A program made the position numbers and the translations under genes. The notes beneath the pieces were generated by a model. It was not told the origin of the DNA and made no database searches. It saw only the letters and a list, made by a program, of their open reading frames with translations. Positions 40,050 through 49,322 of a DNA stretch of 64,000 bases are shown here, piece by piece. Origin of the DNA: an uncultured Gammaproteobacteria bacterium (GTDB lineage: Bacteria; Patescibacteriota; Patescibacteriia; JAHIZJ01); assembly GCA_964371245.1 (NCBI GenBank), contig CAYJKP010000001.1:53128-117127 (forward strand). Direction: 5' to 3'. Numbering within the stretch: position 1 is the first letter of the stretch; every line of letters starts with the position of its first letter.

Positions 40050-40934
40050 TTGAGAGTAACGAGAAATAATCTGTTTTATCTCCCGCCGGAGTATTCGGCC
40101 TGGCGAAATTCGAAGGTGATCGCGGTGCCTTTGGGTTTCGAGAAATCGGTAACCTTCGGAACGGGCACACGAACCGGTCCGGCGGCCATCGTGGCCGCTT
40201 CCCAGCAGGTCGAACTTTTTGACGAGGAACTCTGGCAGGAAACCCAGAAGAAAGTCGGCGTGGCCACGCTCCAGCCATTTCCGGCGGCCAAAAGCTATAA
40301 CGCCCTTGAGGAACAGATAGAAACGATCATACCGAAAATTTATGGCGAAAAAAAATTTCCTCTGATTTTGGGCGGCGAGCACAGCCTGACGCCTTTTATT
40401 ATCAAAAGCCTAATTCGATCAGGGCTGAAAGGTTTCAGTATTCTGCAGTTTGACGCACACGCCGATCTGCGCGACGGCTATCTCGGCCAAAAGTATTCCC
40501 ATGCTTCAGCTATGCGACGTTGCCTTGATTTCCCCGATGTCAATCTCGTTCAAATCGGTATCAGAAATATCAGCAATGAGAACGACGAATTAGTTTATTG
40601 GCGGAAGAATCAACGCCGCATCAAAACTTTTTGGGCAAAAGACAAAAAACGCTGGCTGATTAATAACCTTATAAAAGGCTTGAAAAAAAACGTCTATCTC
40701 ACCATTGACGTGGATGTTTTTGATTCATCTATTATGCCGTCGACTGGCACGCCTGAACCGGGCGGGCTTGATTGGTACGAGGTTTTGGATGTTTTACGCC
40801 CGATTTGCCGGCAGCGAAATATCATCGGCGCTGATGTCGTTGAGCTGGCGCCAATCAAGGGATTGGTCGCGCCCGATTTTCTAGTTGCCAAATTGATATA
40901 TAAAATGATCGGGTATATTTCCCGACACGCATAA
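40050..40934 (+). CDS. agmatinase/arginase-family ureohydrolase
   Basis: Mn-binding motifs GGEHS, DAHAD, DVDVFD and STGTPEPGG. Confidence 0.85.
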   Translation: MRVTRNNLFYLPPEYSAWRNSKVIAVPLGFEKSVTFGTGTRTGPAAIVAASQQVELFDEELWQETQKKVGVATLQPFPAAKSYNALEEQIETIIPKIYGEKKFPLILGGEHSLTPFIIKSLIRSGLKGFSILQFDAHADLRDGYLGQKYSHASAMRRCLDFPDVNLVQIGIRNISNENDELVYWRKNQRRIKTFWAKDKKRWLINNLIKGLKKNVYLTIDVDVFDSSIMPSTGTPEPGGLDWYEVLDVLRPICRQRNIIGADVVELAPIKGLVAPDFLVAKLIYKMIGYISRHA

Positions 40935-40938
40935 CGGC

Positions 40939-41330
40939 GTGAGAATGAACTTATTAACGAACGTTTTACAAAGACTTCCTTTATTGGTTTTATTCCTAAT
41001 CAGCGCCGGGTTCATCATCATTGGTGATTATTTTGCCAAATATTGGTCATTGCACCGGCGAAATATTTATCTCGCGCCGACGCTTTTTGTGTTATGTGAT
41101 ATCTGGTTTTTTATCCGCCCTCTTTTTAAAAGACGGTTTTACCGTTACGGCCTTGATTTGGGTTGTTTAATGTAATTGGCTTTATCCTGATCGGCCTAAT
41201 CATTTTAGGGAAACGCTCACCAGCGGTGAAATTATTGGTGCTGTATTAGGCGTTGTTTCTCTGATTATTCTTAGCCTGAAAAAAATAAACCAGGCCGTTT
41301 TCAATAAAGATCAGGAAGCGTGGTATAATA
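40939..41330 (+). pseudogene. possible disrupted small multidrug resistance (SMR)-like membrane protein
   Basis: Hydrophobic helix-encoding segments resembling SMR helices continue in shifted frames after the 78-aa ORF (GFILIGLIILG..., LGVVSLIILSLKK). Confidence 0.25.
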
Positions 41331-41356
41331 ACTTCGTTAACATTACCTAGGCTAAT

Positions 41357-42187
41357 ATGTATCTTCTCTTCGATATCGGAGCCACCAACCTTCGCCTCGC
41401 CGTTTCGAGTGATGGGAAAAAGCTGGAACATTGTTGTAGCATTCCAACGCCACAAAATTTTCGCGATGGCCTCGAGATACTGAAAGATATGACAAACAAA
41501 CTTACCCATGGCCAGAAGATAAAGGCTGTCGCCGGTGGTACCCACGGCATGCTAAATAAAAATAAAACCAGCATCGTCAGCTGCCCGCATTTGCCCGGTT
41601 GGATCGGGAAACCGTTAGTACCGGCATTGCGGCAGATGTGGCACTGTCCCGTCTCACTTGAAAATGACGCGAATCTTGCCGGTCTCGGGGAAGCGACCTA
41701 TGGCGCCGGCCGTCGCTACCCAATTGTCGCTTTTTTAACGATCAGTACGGGTGTTGGCGGTACGCGCATCTATAATAAACGTTTTGAGGCGAATGCCATC
41801 GGTTTCGAGCCTGGCCAGCAAATTATAAACGCGGATCGTCCAGCTTTTCTGCCGAACCAGTCCGGCCGTCTCGAAGGGTATATATCAGGCACGGCGCTGG
41901 GGAGGAAGCATGGCCGAACGTCAAATAAAATTACCAATCAGAAGGTCTGGCGGGAATTTGAACAATACCTCGGCTATGGCCTGGTAAATGTCGTGCGTTT
42001 TTGGTCGCCGCATGTTATAGTGTTGGGAGGCGGCGTGATGGAAAATCGGCATATTTCGTGCCAACGGTTGAATAACAACCTGCGTCGTATGTTGCCAAAG
42101 ATTCCGATTTTGCCGCGTGTTGTCCGCGGTAGGCTGGGGCAACGGGCGGGGTTGTACGGCGCCGTAGCCTGGCTCGCCCAAAGATAA
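41357..42187 (+). CDS. ROK-family sugar kinase / regulator
   Basis: LFDIGATNLRLAV N-terminal ATPase motif, LENDANLAGLGE and ISTGVGG. Confidence 0.7.
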   Translation: MYLLFDIGATNLRLAVSSDGKKLEHCCSIPTPQNFRDGLEILKDMTNKLTHGQKIKAVAGGTHGMLNKNKTSIVSCPHLPGWIGKPLVPALRQMWHCPVSLENDANLAGLGEATYGAGRRYPIVAFLTISTGVGGTRIYNKRFEANAIGFEPGQQIINADRPAFLPNQSGRLEGYISGTALGRKHGRTSNKITNQKVWREFEQYLGYGLVNVVRFWSPHVIVLGGGVMENRHISCQRLNNNLRRMLPKIPILPRVVRGRLGQRAGLYGAVAWLAQR

Positions 42188-42204
42188 TACGTACTATCAA
42201 TCAT

Positions 42205-42342
42205 ATGCCAAAACCCATTACGGAATTACAGGTAAAGACGAAACCCTCAGTCGGACGCGTGATCGTCACCATTCTTTCGGTGGTATTTGTGGCTTCCGTG
42301 TTCGTTCTCTTTGGCTTCATCGTCTTAACGTCACGATCGTAA
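42205..42342 (+). CDS. very small hypothetical membrane protein upstream of dnaG
   Basis: 46-aa ORF with a single strong TM helix (VIVTILSVVFVASVFVLFGFIVL). Not in the ORF track, and the RBS is weak. Confidence 0.25.
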   Translation: MPKPITELQVKTKPSVGRVIVTILSVVFVASVFVLFGFIVLTSRS

Positions 42343-42385
42343 ACTCGTTCCGCCATCATGAAGGTGTGCCAACCCGAAAGCACTC

Positions 42386-44224
42386 TTGTCAAACAAGACG
42401 CTTTTTGATTATATAACCCTGCAGAACATTACAATACACACTGTGGGAAACCCAACCGAAGAAATAAAAGCAAAATTGGACATTGCCGAAGTGGTTCAGG
42501 AATACGTTAAACTGACGCGCGCCGGCACGAATTACAAAGGACTCTGTCCGTTCCATCGGGAAAAGACCCCTTCTTTTATGGTTTCTTCGGACAAGCAGAT
42601 ATTCCATTGTTTCGGCTGCGGCGAGGGCGGGGACGTCTTTAGCTTTGTGATGAAGATAGAAGGCGTTGAATTTCCTGAGGCACTCCGGGTGTTGGCGGCG
42701 AAAGCCGGGGTGAAATTGGAACCGCGGAATCCACAGCTGGAAAACCAAAAGACGAAACTGCTGGATATCAACCGATTGGCAGCCGCCTATTTTCATAAAG
42801 TCCTGCTTGAATCGTCGCAGGCGGCGGTGGCACGCGAGTATGTCAAGAAACGAGGCATAAGCGAACTCACGATTGAAGAGTTTAAAATTGGCTACAGCGT
42901 CGAAGACTGGGAAGCGCTCCAGTCGTTTCTCCTAAAGAAGGGCTATACCGCGGAAGAAATTTTTGACGCTGGTTTATCTATTAAGAAAGAACGCGGCGAC
43001 GGCTACTATGATCGTTTCCGCGGCCGGCTGATGTTTCCGCTGGCTGACGTTCATGGTCAGATAGTCGGCTTCGGCGGCCGAATTCTGGTGACGAAGGACG
43101 GGACCGCCGCCAAATACGTCAATACCCCTCAAACGGCGGTCTATAACAAAAGCGCTTTGTTATTTGCCTTAGATCGGGCAAAGAAGGAGATCCAAAAACA
43201 AAAGTTGGCCGTGGTTGTCGAAGGCTATATGGACGCGCTGTCGTCGCACCAGGCCGGGGTGGAGAACGTTGTTGCCTCGAGCGGGACGGCGTTAACCCAA
43301 GATCAGGTTCGGCTGTTGCGCCGGTACTGCCAAACTGCAGCGCTGGCGTTTGATACGGATCCGGCCGGTTCGGAGGCAACGCGGCGAGGTTTGGAAATCG
43401 CCTGGCAGCACGAACTGGAAACGCGGATTGTTGAATTGCCGTTTGGCAAAGACCCCGACGAATGCATCCAGAAAGATCCGGCTGCCTGGAAACAAGCGAT
43501 TGCGAAAGCCCGACCCTTCATGGAATTCTACTTTGACAAAACATTCAAAGAAACGAACTTGGCCACCGTCGAAGGAAAAAAGCAGGCCGCCAAGATACTC
43601 CTGCCGCTGATCAGCCACCTGCCAGATCAAATTGAGCAAACGCATTACCTCCAAAAGCTGGCGTCAGCCATCCATGTCGAAGAACGACACCTGCGAGACC
43701 GTCTTCCAAAAGCCCGCCAGGCGCCGGCGACACCGACAACCGCCGCTCCAACCGTCAGGACAAAAGACCGGGTCGAACGCTTGAGCGAGTTGGTGCTCGG
43801 CATCGCCTTAAAATATCCGGAACACCTTGAATACATTATCCAGAACATACAGCCGGAGTATCTCAAAGGGGAAGGTTTAGCCGAACTTTACAAGATAGTG
43901 GTTATCTATTATACTAAGGCTACCTCAGTAATTAGCGATGAGCTTTTTGCCGAGATTGCACGTCAAAATAGCCAACTTTCAGAAAAAGCGAAAACGCTTC
44001 TTCTCCTGGCTGAGACAATTTTTGAGGAACAGGCCGAGACGGACGAGTACCGCAAAGCGCTGATCGAGGCCGTTCCGGTTCTCAAGAAGCAGTCTTTATC
44101 GCGCACGCTGAGACAGCTCCAGGATGAGCTGAACACAGCCGAAGCTCAGCGCGATCAACCGCGTATTCAAACTCTTTTAGAAAATATTACGAGTTTGACT
44201 GAAGAATTAGGACATCTTTCGTAA
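42386..44224 (+). CDS. dnaG: DNA primase DnaG
   Basis: Zinc ribbon CPFHREKTPSF...CFGCGEGG, TOPRIM EGYMD, and a C-terminal helicase-interaction domain. Confidence 0.9.
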   Translation: MSNKTLFDYITLQNITIHTVGNPTEEIKAKLDIAEVVQEYVKLTRAGTNYKGLCPFHREKTPSFMVSSDKQIFHCFGCGEGGDVFSFVMKIEGVEFPEALRVLAAKAGVKLEPRNPQLENQKTKLLDINRLAAAYFHKVLLESSQAAVAREYVKKRGISELTIEEFKIGYSVEDWEALQSFLLKKGYTAEEIFDAGLSIKKERGDGYYDRFRGRLMFPLADVHGQIVGFGGRILVTKDGTAAKYVNTPQTAVYNKSALLFALDRAKKEIQKQKLAVVVEGYMDALSSHQAGVENVVASSGTALTQDQVRLLRRYCQTAALAFDTDPAGSEATRRGLEIAWQHELETRIVELPFGKDPDECIQKDPAAWKQAIAKARPFMEFYFDKTFKETNLATVEGKKQAAKILLPLISHLPDQIEQTHYLQKLASAIHVEERHLRDRLPKARQAPATPTTAAPTVRTKDRVERLSELVLGIALKYPEHLEYIIQNIQPEYLKGEGLAELYKIVVIYYTKATSVISDELFAEIARQNSQLSEKAKTLLLLAETIFEEQAETDEYRKALIEAVPVLKKQSLSRTLRQLQDELNTAEAQRDQPRIQTLLENITSLTEELGHLS

Positions 44225-44331
44225 ATAATCACGTATACGACTAACTTTGTTCCTACGGGGACACTGATAGATCGGGCCTGTCGTTGGAAGGATAGCGTCG
44301 TCGGATCTATCGGATAGTTAGACATTTTTCT

Positions 44332-45552
44332 ATGTCAAAAACAAGCAAGCCAAAAAAGAAGAAGCCGTTAGTGAAACACAAGACGCTAAAAGCGAAGAAA
44401 CCAAAGGGGAAGGCGCATCCGAAGAAAACCGCCAAGTCGGCTGTTTCCAAGAATCAAATTCAGGAAAAACCGATAATGTCCGAAGGAGCTCAAGCGGCAC
44501 TCGTTCGTAAGGGACGAATGCGCGGTTTTATTACTGAAAAGGAAATTCTCTATGCCTTGCCCGAAGTGGAAGAGTATTTGGAGGCCTATGAACACCTTTT
44601 GGACACGTTTGACGAGCTGGGAATTCGAGTCATGGAGACCGACGCGGGCATTCTTGATCATGCCGTCGGTGATCAGCAGTTTCTTGATCGCGGTAAGGTT
44701 GACAGCCAGCGTTTTGACCTGAGCGACATTTCAGACGATTCAATTCAGATGTACCTTCGAGAGATTGGAAAAGTACCGCTCCTAACTGCTGATGAAGAAA
44801 TTCAGCTCGCCAAGCGGAAAGAAAAAAGCGACGTAGAAGCCGCCAAGCGCATGGTCCAGGCGAATCTGCGTCTCGTCGTCTCGATCGCGAAAAAATTCAC
44901 TGGCCGGTCGCTCTCCCTCCTTGATCTGATCCAGGAAGGAAACATTGGTTTATTCCGAGCTGTTGAAAAATTTGACTATCGGAAAGGATATAAATTTTCG
45001 ACCTACGCTACCTGGTGGATCCGACAGGCCATCACCCGGGCCTTGGCTGATCAATCTCGAATTATCCGTATTCCCGTGCACATGGTCGAGACGATCAATA
45101 AATTTCAACAGATTGAACGGCAGCTGATACAGGACCTGGGACGCGAGCCGCTGCCTGAGGAGATCGCGGCAGAGATGGGTGAGGAAGTCGAGAAAGTCCG
45201 CCACATCATGAAAATATCGCAGGACACGGTTTCCCTGGAAACGTCGGTCGGCGAGGATGACGAGGACTCGACACTCGGCGATTTTATCGAGGACGAAAAA
45301 ACAATCTCGCCCGATCGCGTGGCCTCACTGCAGTTGCTCAAGGATCACGTCAAGGACATTATTAGGGAACTGCCGCCCCGGGAACAGAAAATACTTGAGA
45401 TGCGTTTTGGTTTGATGGACGGCGTGTCGCATACGCTTGAAGAAGTCGGCCAGGAATTTGGCGTGACGCGTGAACGTATCCGGCAGATCGAGGCCAAGGC
45501 GCTTGAAAAAATCCAGGAACACGTGGGCATGAAGAAACTGCGGGATTATTGA
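44332..45552 (+). CDS. rpoD: RNA polymerase sigma-70 factor RpoD
   Basis: Basic N-terminal tail. Region 2 ([38 protein letters not shown]), region 3, and a region 4 HTH. Confidence 0.95.
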   Translation: MSKTSKPKKKKPLVKHKTLKAKKPKGKAHPKKTAKSAVSKNQIQEKPIMSEGAQAALVRKGRMRGFITEKEILYALPEVEEYLEAYEHLLDTFDELGIRVMETDAGILDHAVGDQQFLDRGKVDSQRFDLSDISDDSIQMYLREIGKVPLLTADEEIQLAKRKEKSDVEAAKRMVQANLRLVVSIAKKFTGRSLSLLDLIQEGNIGLFRAVEKFDYRKGYKFSTYATWWIRQAITRALADQSRIIRIPVHMVETINKFQQIERQLIQDLGREPLPEEIAAEMGEEVEKVRHIMKISQDTVSLETSVGEDDEDSTLGDFIEDEKTISPDRVASLQLLKDHVKDIIRELPPREQKILEMRFGLMDGVSHTLEEVGQEFGVTRERIRQIEAKALEKIQEHVGMKKLRDY

Positions 45553-45579
45553 GTCGACTAAAAGCATAGGCCCCTCTGC

Positions 45580-45651
45580 TCCGCGATAGCTCAATGGTAG
45601 AGCAACCGGCTGTTAACCGGTAGGTTGTCGGTTCGAATCCGACTCGCGGAG
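45580..45651 (+). tRNA. tRNA-Asn (anticodon GUU), no encoded CCA
   Basis: Hand-folded: acceptor TCCGCGA/TCGCGGA, D-stem GCTC/GAGC, anticodon stem ACCGG/CCGGT, loop CTGTTAA, T-loop TTCGAAT. Confidence 0.88.
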
Positions 45652-45659
45652 CTGAGGGG

Positions 45660-45878
45660 CTTTGTTGTTATGATTTATAGCTCAATGGGTCGAAGCGGCC
45701 GCTGCGAGCGACTGAACTGCTTCAGTCGCGTGCCGCTGAGACGGGCTGGCCGATGTCTTTGACCGGCCAGCACCGGAAGAGCAACCCCCACCAAAGACGG
45801 GTGAGCCTCTGGCTGAGGCTGTTAACCGGTAGGTTGTCGGTTCCCCCGGATCAGGGTCCGGTGCGACTCGCGGAGCAC
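45660..45878 (+). other. structured partial duplicate of tRNA-Asn with three hairpin-rich insertions
   Basis: Repeats ATAGCTCAATGG, GAGCAACC and a 27-nt exact copy CTGTTAACCGGTAGGTTGTCGGTTC plus CGACTCGCGGAGC. Inserted segments contain perfect hairpins (GCGACTGAA/TTCAGTCGC; CTGGCCG/CGGCCAG; CCGGA/TCCGG). Confidence 0.4.
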
Positions 45879-45938
45879 CGCAGGGATTTGTTTATTATAT
45901 GGAAAAAGCAAATAATGCGCACAATATTGTTGAAATAC

Positions 45939-45967
45939 TTGCTATTTTAATATTTTTGTGATATAAT
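45939..45967 (+). promoter_or_regulatory. sigma70-like promoter TTGCTA-N17-TGaTATAAT (extended -10)
   Basis: Hexamers with a 17-nt spacer and TG at -15/-14, 60 nt upstream of the protease gene. Confidence 0.45.
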
Positions 45968-46027
45968 AGAAACGTCAATTAGAAACAAAAGACGTAGAAA
46001 AAACAGAACCCATTTAAACAAAGCCAT

Positions 46028-49000
46028 ATGAATAAGCCTATAAAGCTTGGTCTCGCTCTCCTTCTTGGTGCAGCGTTTTTTATTTTGCATAGTAATACCG
46101 CCAGCGCCGAAGATGTAGTCTTACATGGTCGTGAGGCGCAATTGCCGCTCTCAACGTCTGGAAAGGTGGTTGTGAAATATAATGAGCAACTCGTGAAACT
46201 AGCGGAAGAAAGCGGTCAGTATCAGGCTTCGGTCATGGCCGGGGTGCATGCCCTTACCGAAGACGCATTACACGAAGACCAAAACCTTGGCGTTTTTTCG
46301 ATCCGTGACGGCAAAACCATTGCTTCAAAAATTGAAGAATTGCAGCACAACCCACTCGTCGATTACGCCGAGCCGGAATACCTATATTATCCCGAAAGCA
46401 CGACGCCAAATGATTCATACTATTCTCTTCTTTGGGGTTTGAATAACACTGGCCAAACAGTCAACGGCACGAGCGGCACGGCTGATGCTGATATTGACGC
46501 GGCCGAAGCCTGGGATATTGCACGAAACGCGAGCGATACCATCGTGGCGGTCATTGATACGGGCGTCAACCTCAGTCATCCCGAACTATCGGCCAGCATT
46601 GTTCAGGGCTATGATTTTGTTGACGATGATACCTCACCGTATGACGTCGGCGGTCATGGCACGCACGTGGCCGGTACAATCGCCGCGCGTGGGAATAACA
46701 GCGACGGCGTTACCGGTGTTTCCTGGAGCGCGAAAATTATGCCGATCCGCGTCCTCGGCATCGGGGGCGGCACGAACTCGGATATTGCCGACGGTATCCG
46801 CTACGCCGTCGATCATGGAGCAAAAGTACTGAACATGAGTTTGGGCGGGACCGGCTATAGCCAAGTGTTGTATGACGCAATTGATTACGCGAAGACACAC
46901 GACGTGTTAGCCGTGGTCGCCGCCGGAAACGACGGTCGGAACAATGACGGCGGTACCCACACCTATCCCTGCGATTATGACCTCGACAATATTATCTGCG
47001 TCGCAGCAACAACGCAAACTGACGCCCTGGCCAGTTTTTCCAATTACGGTACAACCTCGGTCGACGTGGCGGCGCCGGGTACAAACATCATGAGCACCTA
47101 TCCCGAGCCGGCGCTGATCGAATATTTTGATAATGCCTCGCACGCGACGATGTACGGGTACGATTTCACCGGTACGGACTTTACGGTCAGCGGCGATTCC
47201 GCGCCACAGGGCTGGATCGTCACCGACGTCTCGGGAGACAAATGGGCGCAGGCGTGGTATGGCGGGCCGTACAATAATGTTGATACGTACATTACGTCGA
47301 CGAGCATCAGTCTCAGCGGAGAGCATTCAATTCTCTTGAAATTCACCTACGATTTTTTAACAGAAAGTTCACCCACGGAGGCGTGCGAATACGATTATCT
47401 CGGGATCGACGTGTACAACGGTTCCAGCTGGACGACAGTCGATAAATTATGCAATTATTTCGGTGATCCGTGGGGCGGCGGCGAGGCGTTGGATGTCGCT
47501 GAATATGATCTGTCGGCGTATGCGGCGAGTGCGACCAAGGTCCGATTTCATTGGCACACGGATGCGACGGGCGGCAGTGCAGGCTTTTTTATCAATAATG
47601 TCTTTGTTTATAAAACCGGCGAAAGCTACACCTATCTCAATGGAACTTCAATGGCCACGCCGCACGTCGCCGGTCTGGCCACCTTGCTCCGGGGGTACAA
47701 GCCGAGCGCGAGTTATTCGCTGGTCAAAGAGGCGATAACCGATTCGGTCGACGCAAAGAGCTCACTGAGCGGAAAAATAGTGACCGGCGGCCGGATCAAC
47801 GCCTATGCCGCTGTGTCCTCGCTCGACGGAACGCCACCGACGACGTCGCTGTCGCGCAATCCCAGCGGTCCGAATGGCGACAACGGGTATTATGTGACCG
47901 TTCCCTCAATCACGCTGCGCGCCACCGATTCCGGCTCGGGAGTGGCGAAAACATATTATAAATGGGACAGCGGCACATATTCCGAGTATCACGGCTCAAT
48001 TCCGGCGCCGGAAGGGGTTCATGTGCTCAAATATTATTCAACTGATTTGGCGGGAAATCGCGAAACGACCAAGAATAAAAAATTCAGGGTCGACACCCAT
48101 CACCCGCGGATAGAATTTACCCGTTCACTGTATCGAAACACGACCCTTTCCGCCCAGCGGACAATATCCGGAACGGGCAAGGATGGCGGCTCTCGGCTGA
48201 AGTATGTCATGATGAACGGCACGCTGCTGCCACTGAGCAAAGGGGTATTTAGCACGGCTGTAACCCTGAAGGATGGTTTAAATAAATATACGTTCGTCGC
48301 GAAAGACAACGCTGGCAATAAAACCACAGTGATTAAGTATGCGTATTACCGAAACGGACGCGTGCTCGGCACGGCCGCACCCGTCGAACGTATCATCACA
48401 ACCGCTCATCCCGGTCGTCCTCCTCAGGTCAGGATTTTTGACAAAAAAGGGACGTTGAAAAATCAATGGTTTGCCTACGGGCAAGATTTCAAGACGGGCG
48501 TAAGCTTGGCCACCGGCGACGTGAACAACGACGGTCAAGCCGAGGTGATCGTCGGTCCGGCCGGCGTTGACGCGTCGCTCGTAAAAGTGTTTACCCAGAA
48601 AGGTACCCTTCTAAAACAGTGGTATGCCTATCCGGCTGAGTGGCAGATTGGCGCCACCGTGGCAACAGGCGACGTCAACGGCGACGGGACAATCGAAATC
48701 ATTGTTCTCCCGGCCGTAAAAAAACCGGCCCAAGTAAAAGTATTTACGTATTCAGGCAGGCTCAAATATCAATTCTTTGCTGACACGGCGCCCACCTTGC
48801 TGAATCTGGCCGTCGGCGACGTCAACGGCGATTGGAAAGACGAAATCATTGTTTCAGCGACAGCCGGCTCCGGACCTGAGGTGCGCGTTTATACCTACAA
48901 AGGGAAATTGGCTTATCGCTTCAATGCCTATGCCCCGGGTTTCCGCGGCGGCGTTGAAATTGCAGCCGGTGATGTAAATAACGATAAAAAAGACGAGATT

Positions 49001-49270
49001 ATTACGGGCGTCATGGGTGCTGGCACCAGCCAGGTTCGGGTTTTTAAAAGGGATGGTACGGCCATAAACCAATTTTTTGCCTATGACCTGAGTTACCGTG
49101 ACGGCGTGACGATGGCCTCGGCCGACATCAATGGTGACGGCAAAGATGAAATAATCACTGGGACGGCGCCGGGGCAATCAGGCATTGTTAGGACGTTTAA
49201 GAAAGACGGTTCGCGCGTAAGCCAATTTTTCGCCTTTCCAAAGGAATGGCCGATCGGCGTGAAACTATAA
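46028..49270 (+). CDS. secreted subtilisin-like (S8) serine protease with C-terminal FG-GAP repeat beta-propeller
   Basis: Signal peptide. I9-like propeptide. Catalytic triad motifs AVIDTGV, HGTHVAGT and GTSMATPHVAG. Five or more GDVN(G/N)DG..EII FG-GAP repeats. Confidence 0.85.
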   Translation: MNKPIKLGLALLLGAAFFILHSNTASAEDVVLHGREAQLPLSTSGKVVVKYNEQLVKLAEESGQYQASVMAGVHALTEDALHEDQNLGVFSIRDGKTIASKIEELQHNPLVDYAEPEYLYYPESTTPNDSYYSLLWGLNNTGQTVNGTSGTADADIDAAEAWDIARNASDTIVAVIDTGVNLSHPELSASIVQGYDFVDDDTSPYDVGGHGTHVAGTIAARGNNSDGVTGVSWSAKIMPIRVLGIGGGTNSDIADGIRYAVDHGAKVLNMSLGGTGYSQVLYDAIDYAKTHDVLAVVAAGNDGRNNDGGTHTYPCDYDLDNIICVAATTQTDALASFSNYGTTSVDVAAPGTNIMSTYPEPALIEYFDNASHATMYGYDFTGTDFTVSGDSAPQGWIVTDVSGDKWAQAWYGGPYNNVDTYITSTSISLSGEHSILLKFTYDFLTESSPTEACEYDYLGIDVYNGSSWTTVDKLCNYFGDPWGGGEALDVAEYDLSAYAASATKVRFHWHTDATGGSAGFFINNVFVYKTGESYTYLNGTSMATPHVAGLATLLRGYKPSASYSLVKEAITDSVDAKSSLSGKIVTGGRINAYAAVSSLDGTPPTTSLSRNPSGPNGDNGYYVTVPSITLRATDSGSGVAKTYYKWDSGTYSEYHGSIPAPEGVHVLKYYSTDLAGNRETTKNKKFRVDTHHPRIEFTRSLYRNTTLSAQRTISGTGKDGGSRLKYVMMNGTLLPLSKGVFSTAVTLKDGLNKYTFVAKDNAGNKTTVIKYAYYRNGRVLGTAAPVERIITTAHPGRPPQVRIFDKKGTLKNQWFAYGQDFKTGVSLATGDVNNDGQAEVIVGPAGVDASLVKVFTQKGTLLKQWYAYPAEWQIGATVATGDVNGDGTIEIIVLPAVKKPAQVKVFTYSGRLKYQFFADTAPTLLNLAVGDVNGDWKDEIIVSATAGSGPEVRVYTYKGKLAYRFNAYAPGFRGGVEIAAGDVNNDKKDEIITGVMGAGTSQVRVFKRDGTAINQFFAYDLSYRDGVTMASADINGDGKDEIITGTAPGQSGIVRTFKKDGSRVSQFFAFPKEWPIGVKL

Positions 49271-49295
49271 TTTGCGAGTAATAACGCAATAACAA

Positions 49296-49322
49296 AAAAC
49301 CGGCTATGAGTCGGTCTTTTGT
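49296..49322. terminator. possible bidirectional terminator between convergent genes
   Basis: AAAAAACCGGCTATGAGTCGGTCTTTT: a short stem flanked by A- and T-runs. Confidence 0.3.

Noticed and set aside
39873-40382. 169-aa minus-strand ORF overlapping the agmatinase start and its AT-rich upstream region
   Set aside because: Low-complexity translation of an AT-rich spacer. Conflicts with the motif-supported agmatinase gene.
45753-45950. 65-aa ORF across the tRNA-Asn-like structured region
   Set aside because: Region is better explained as structured RNA or a tRNA-derived duplicate. ORF has no RBS and poor coding character.
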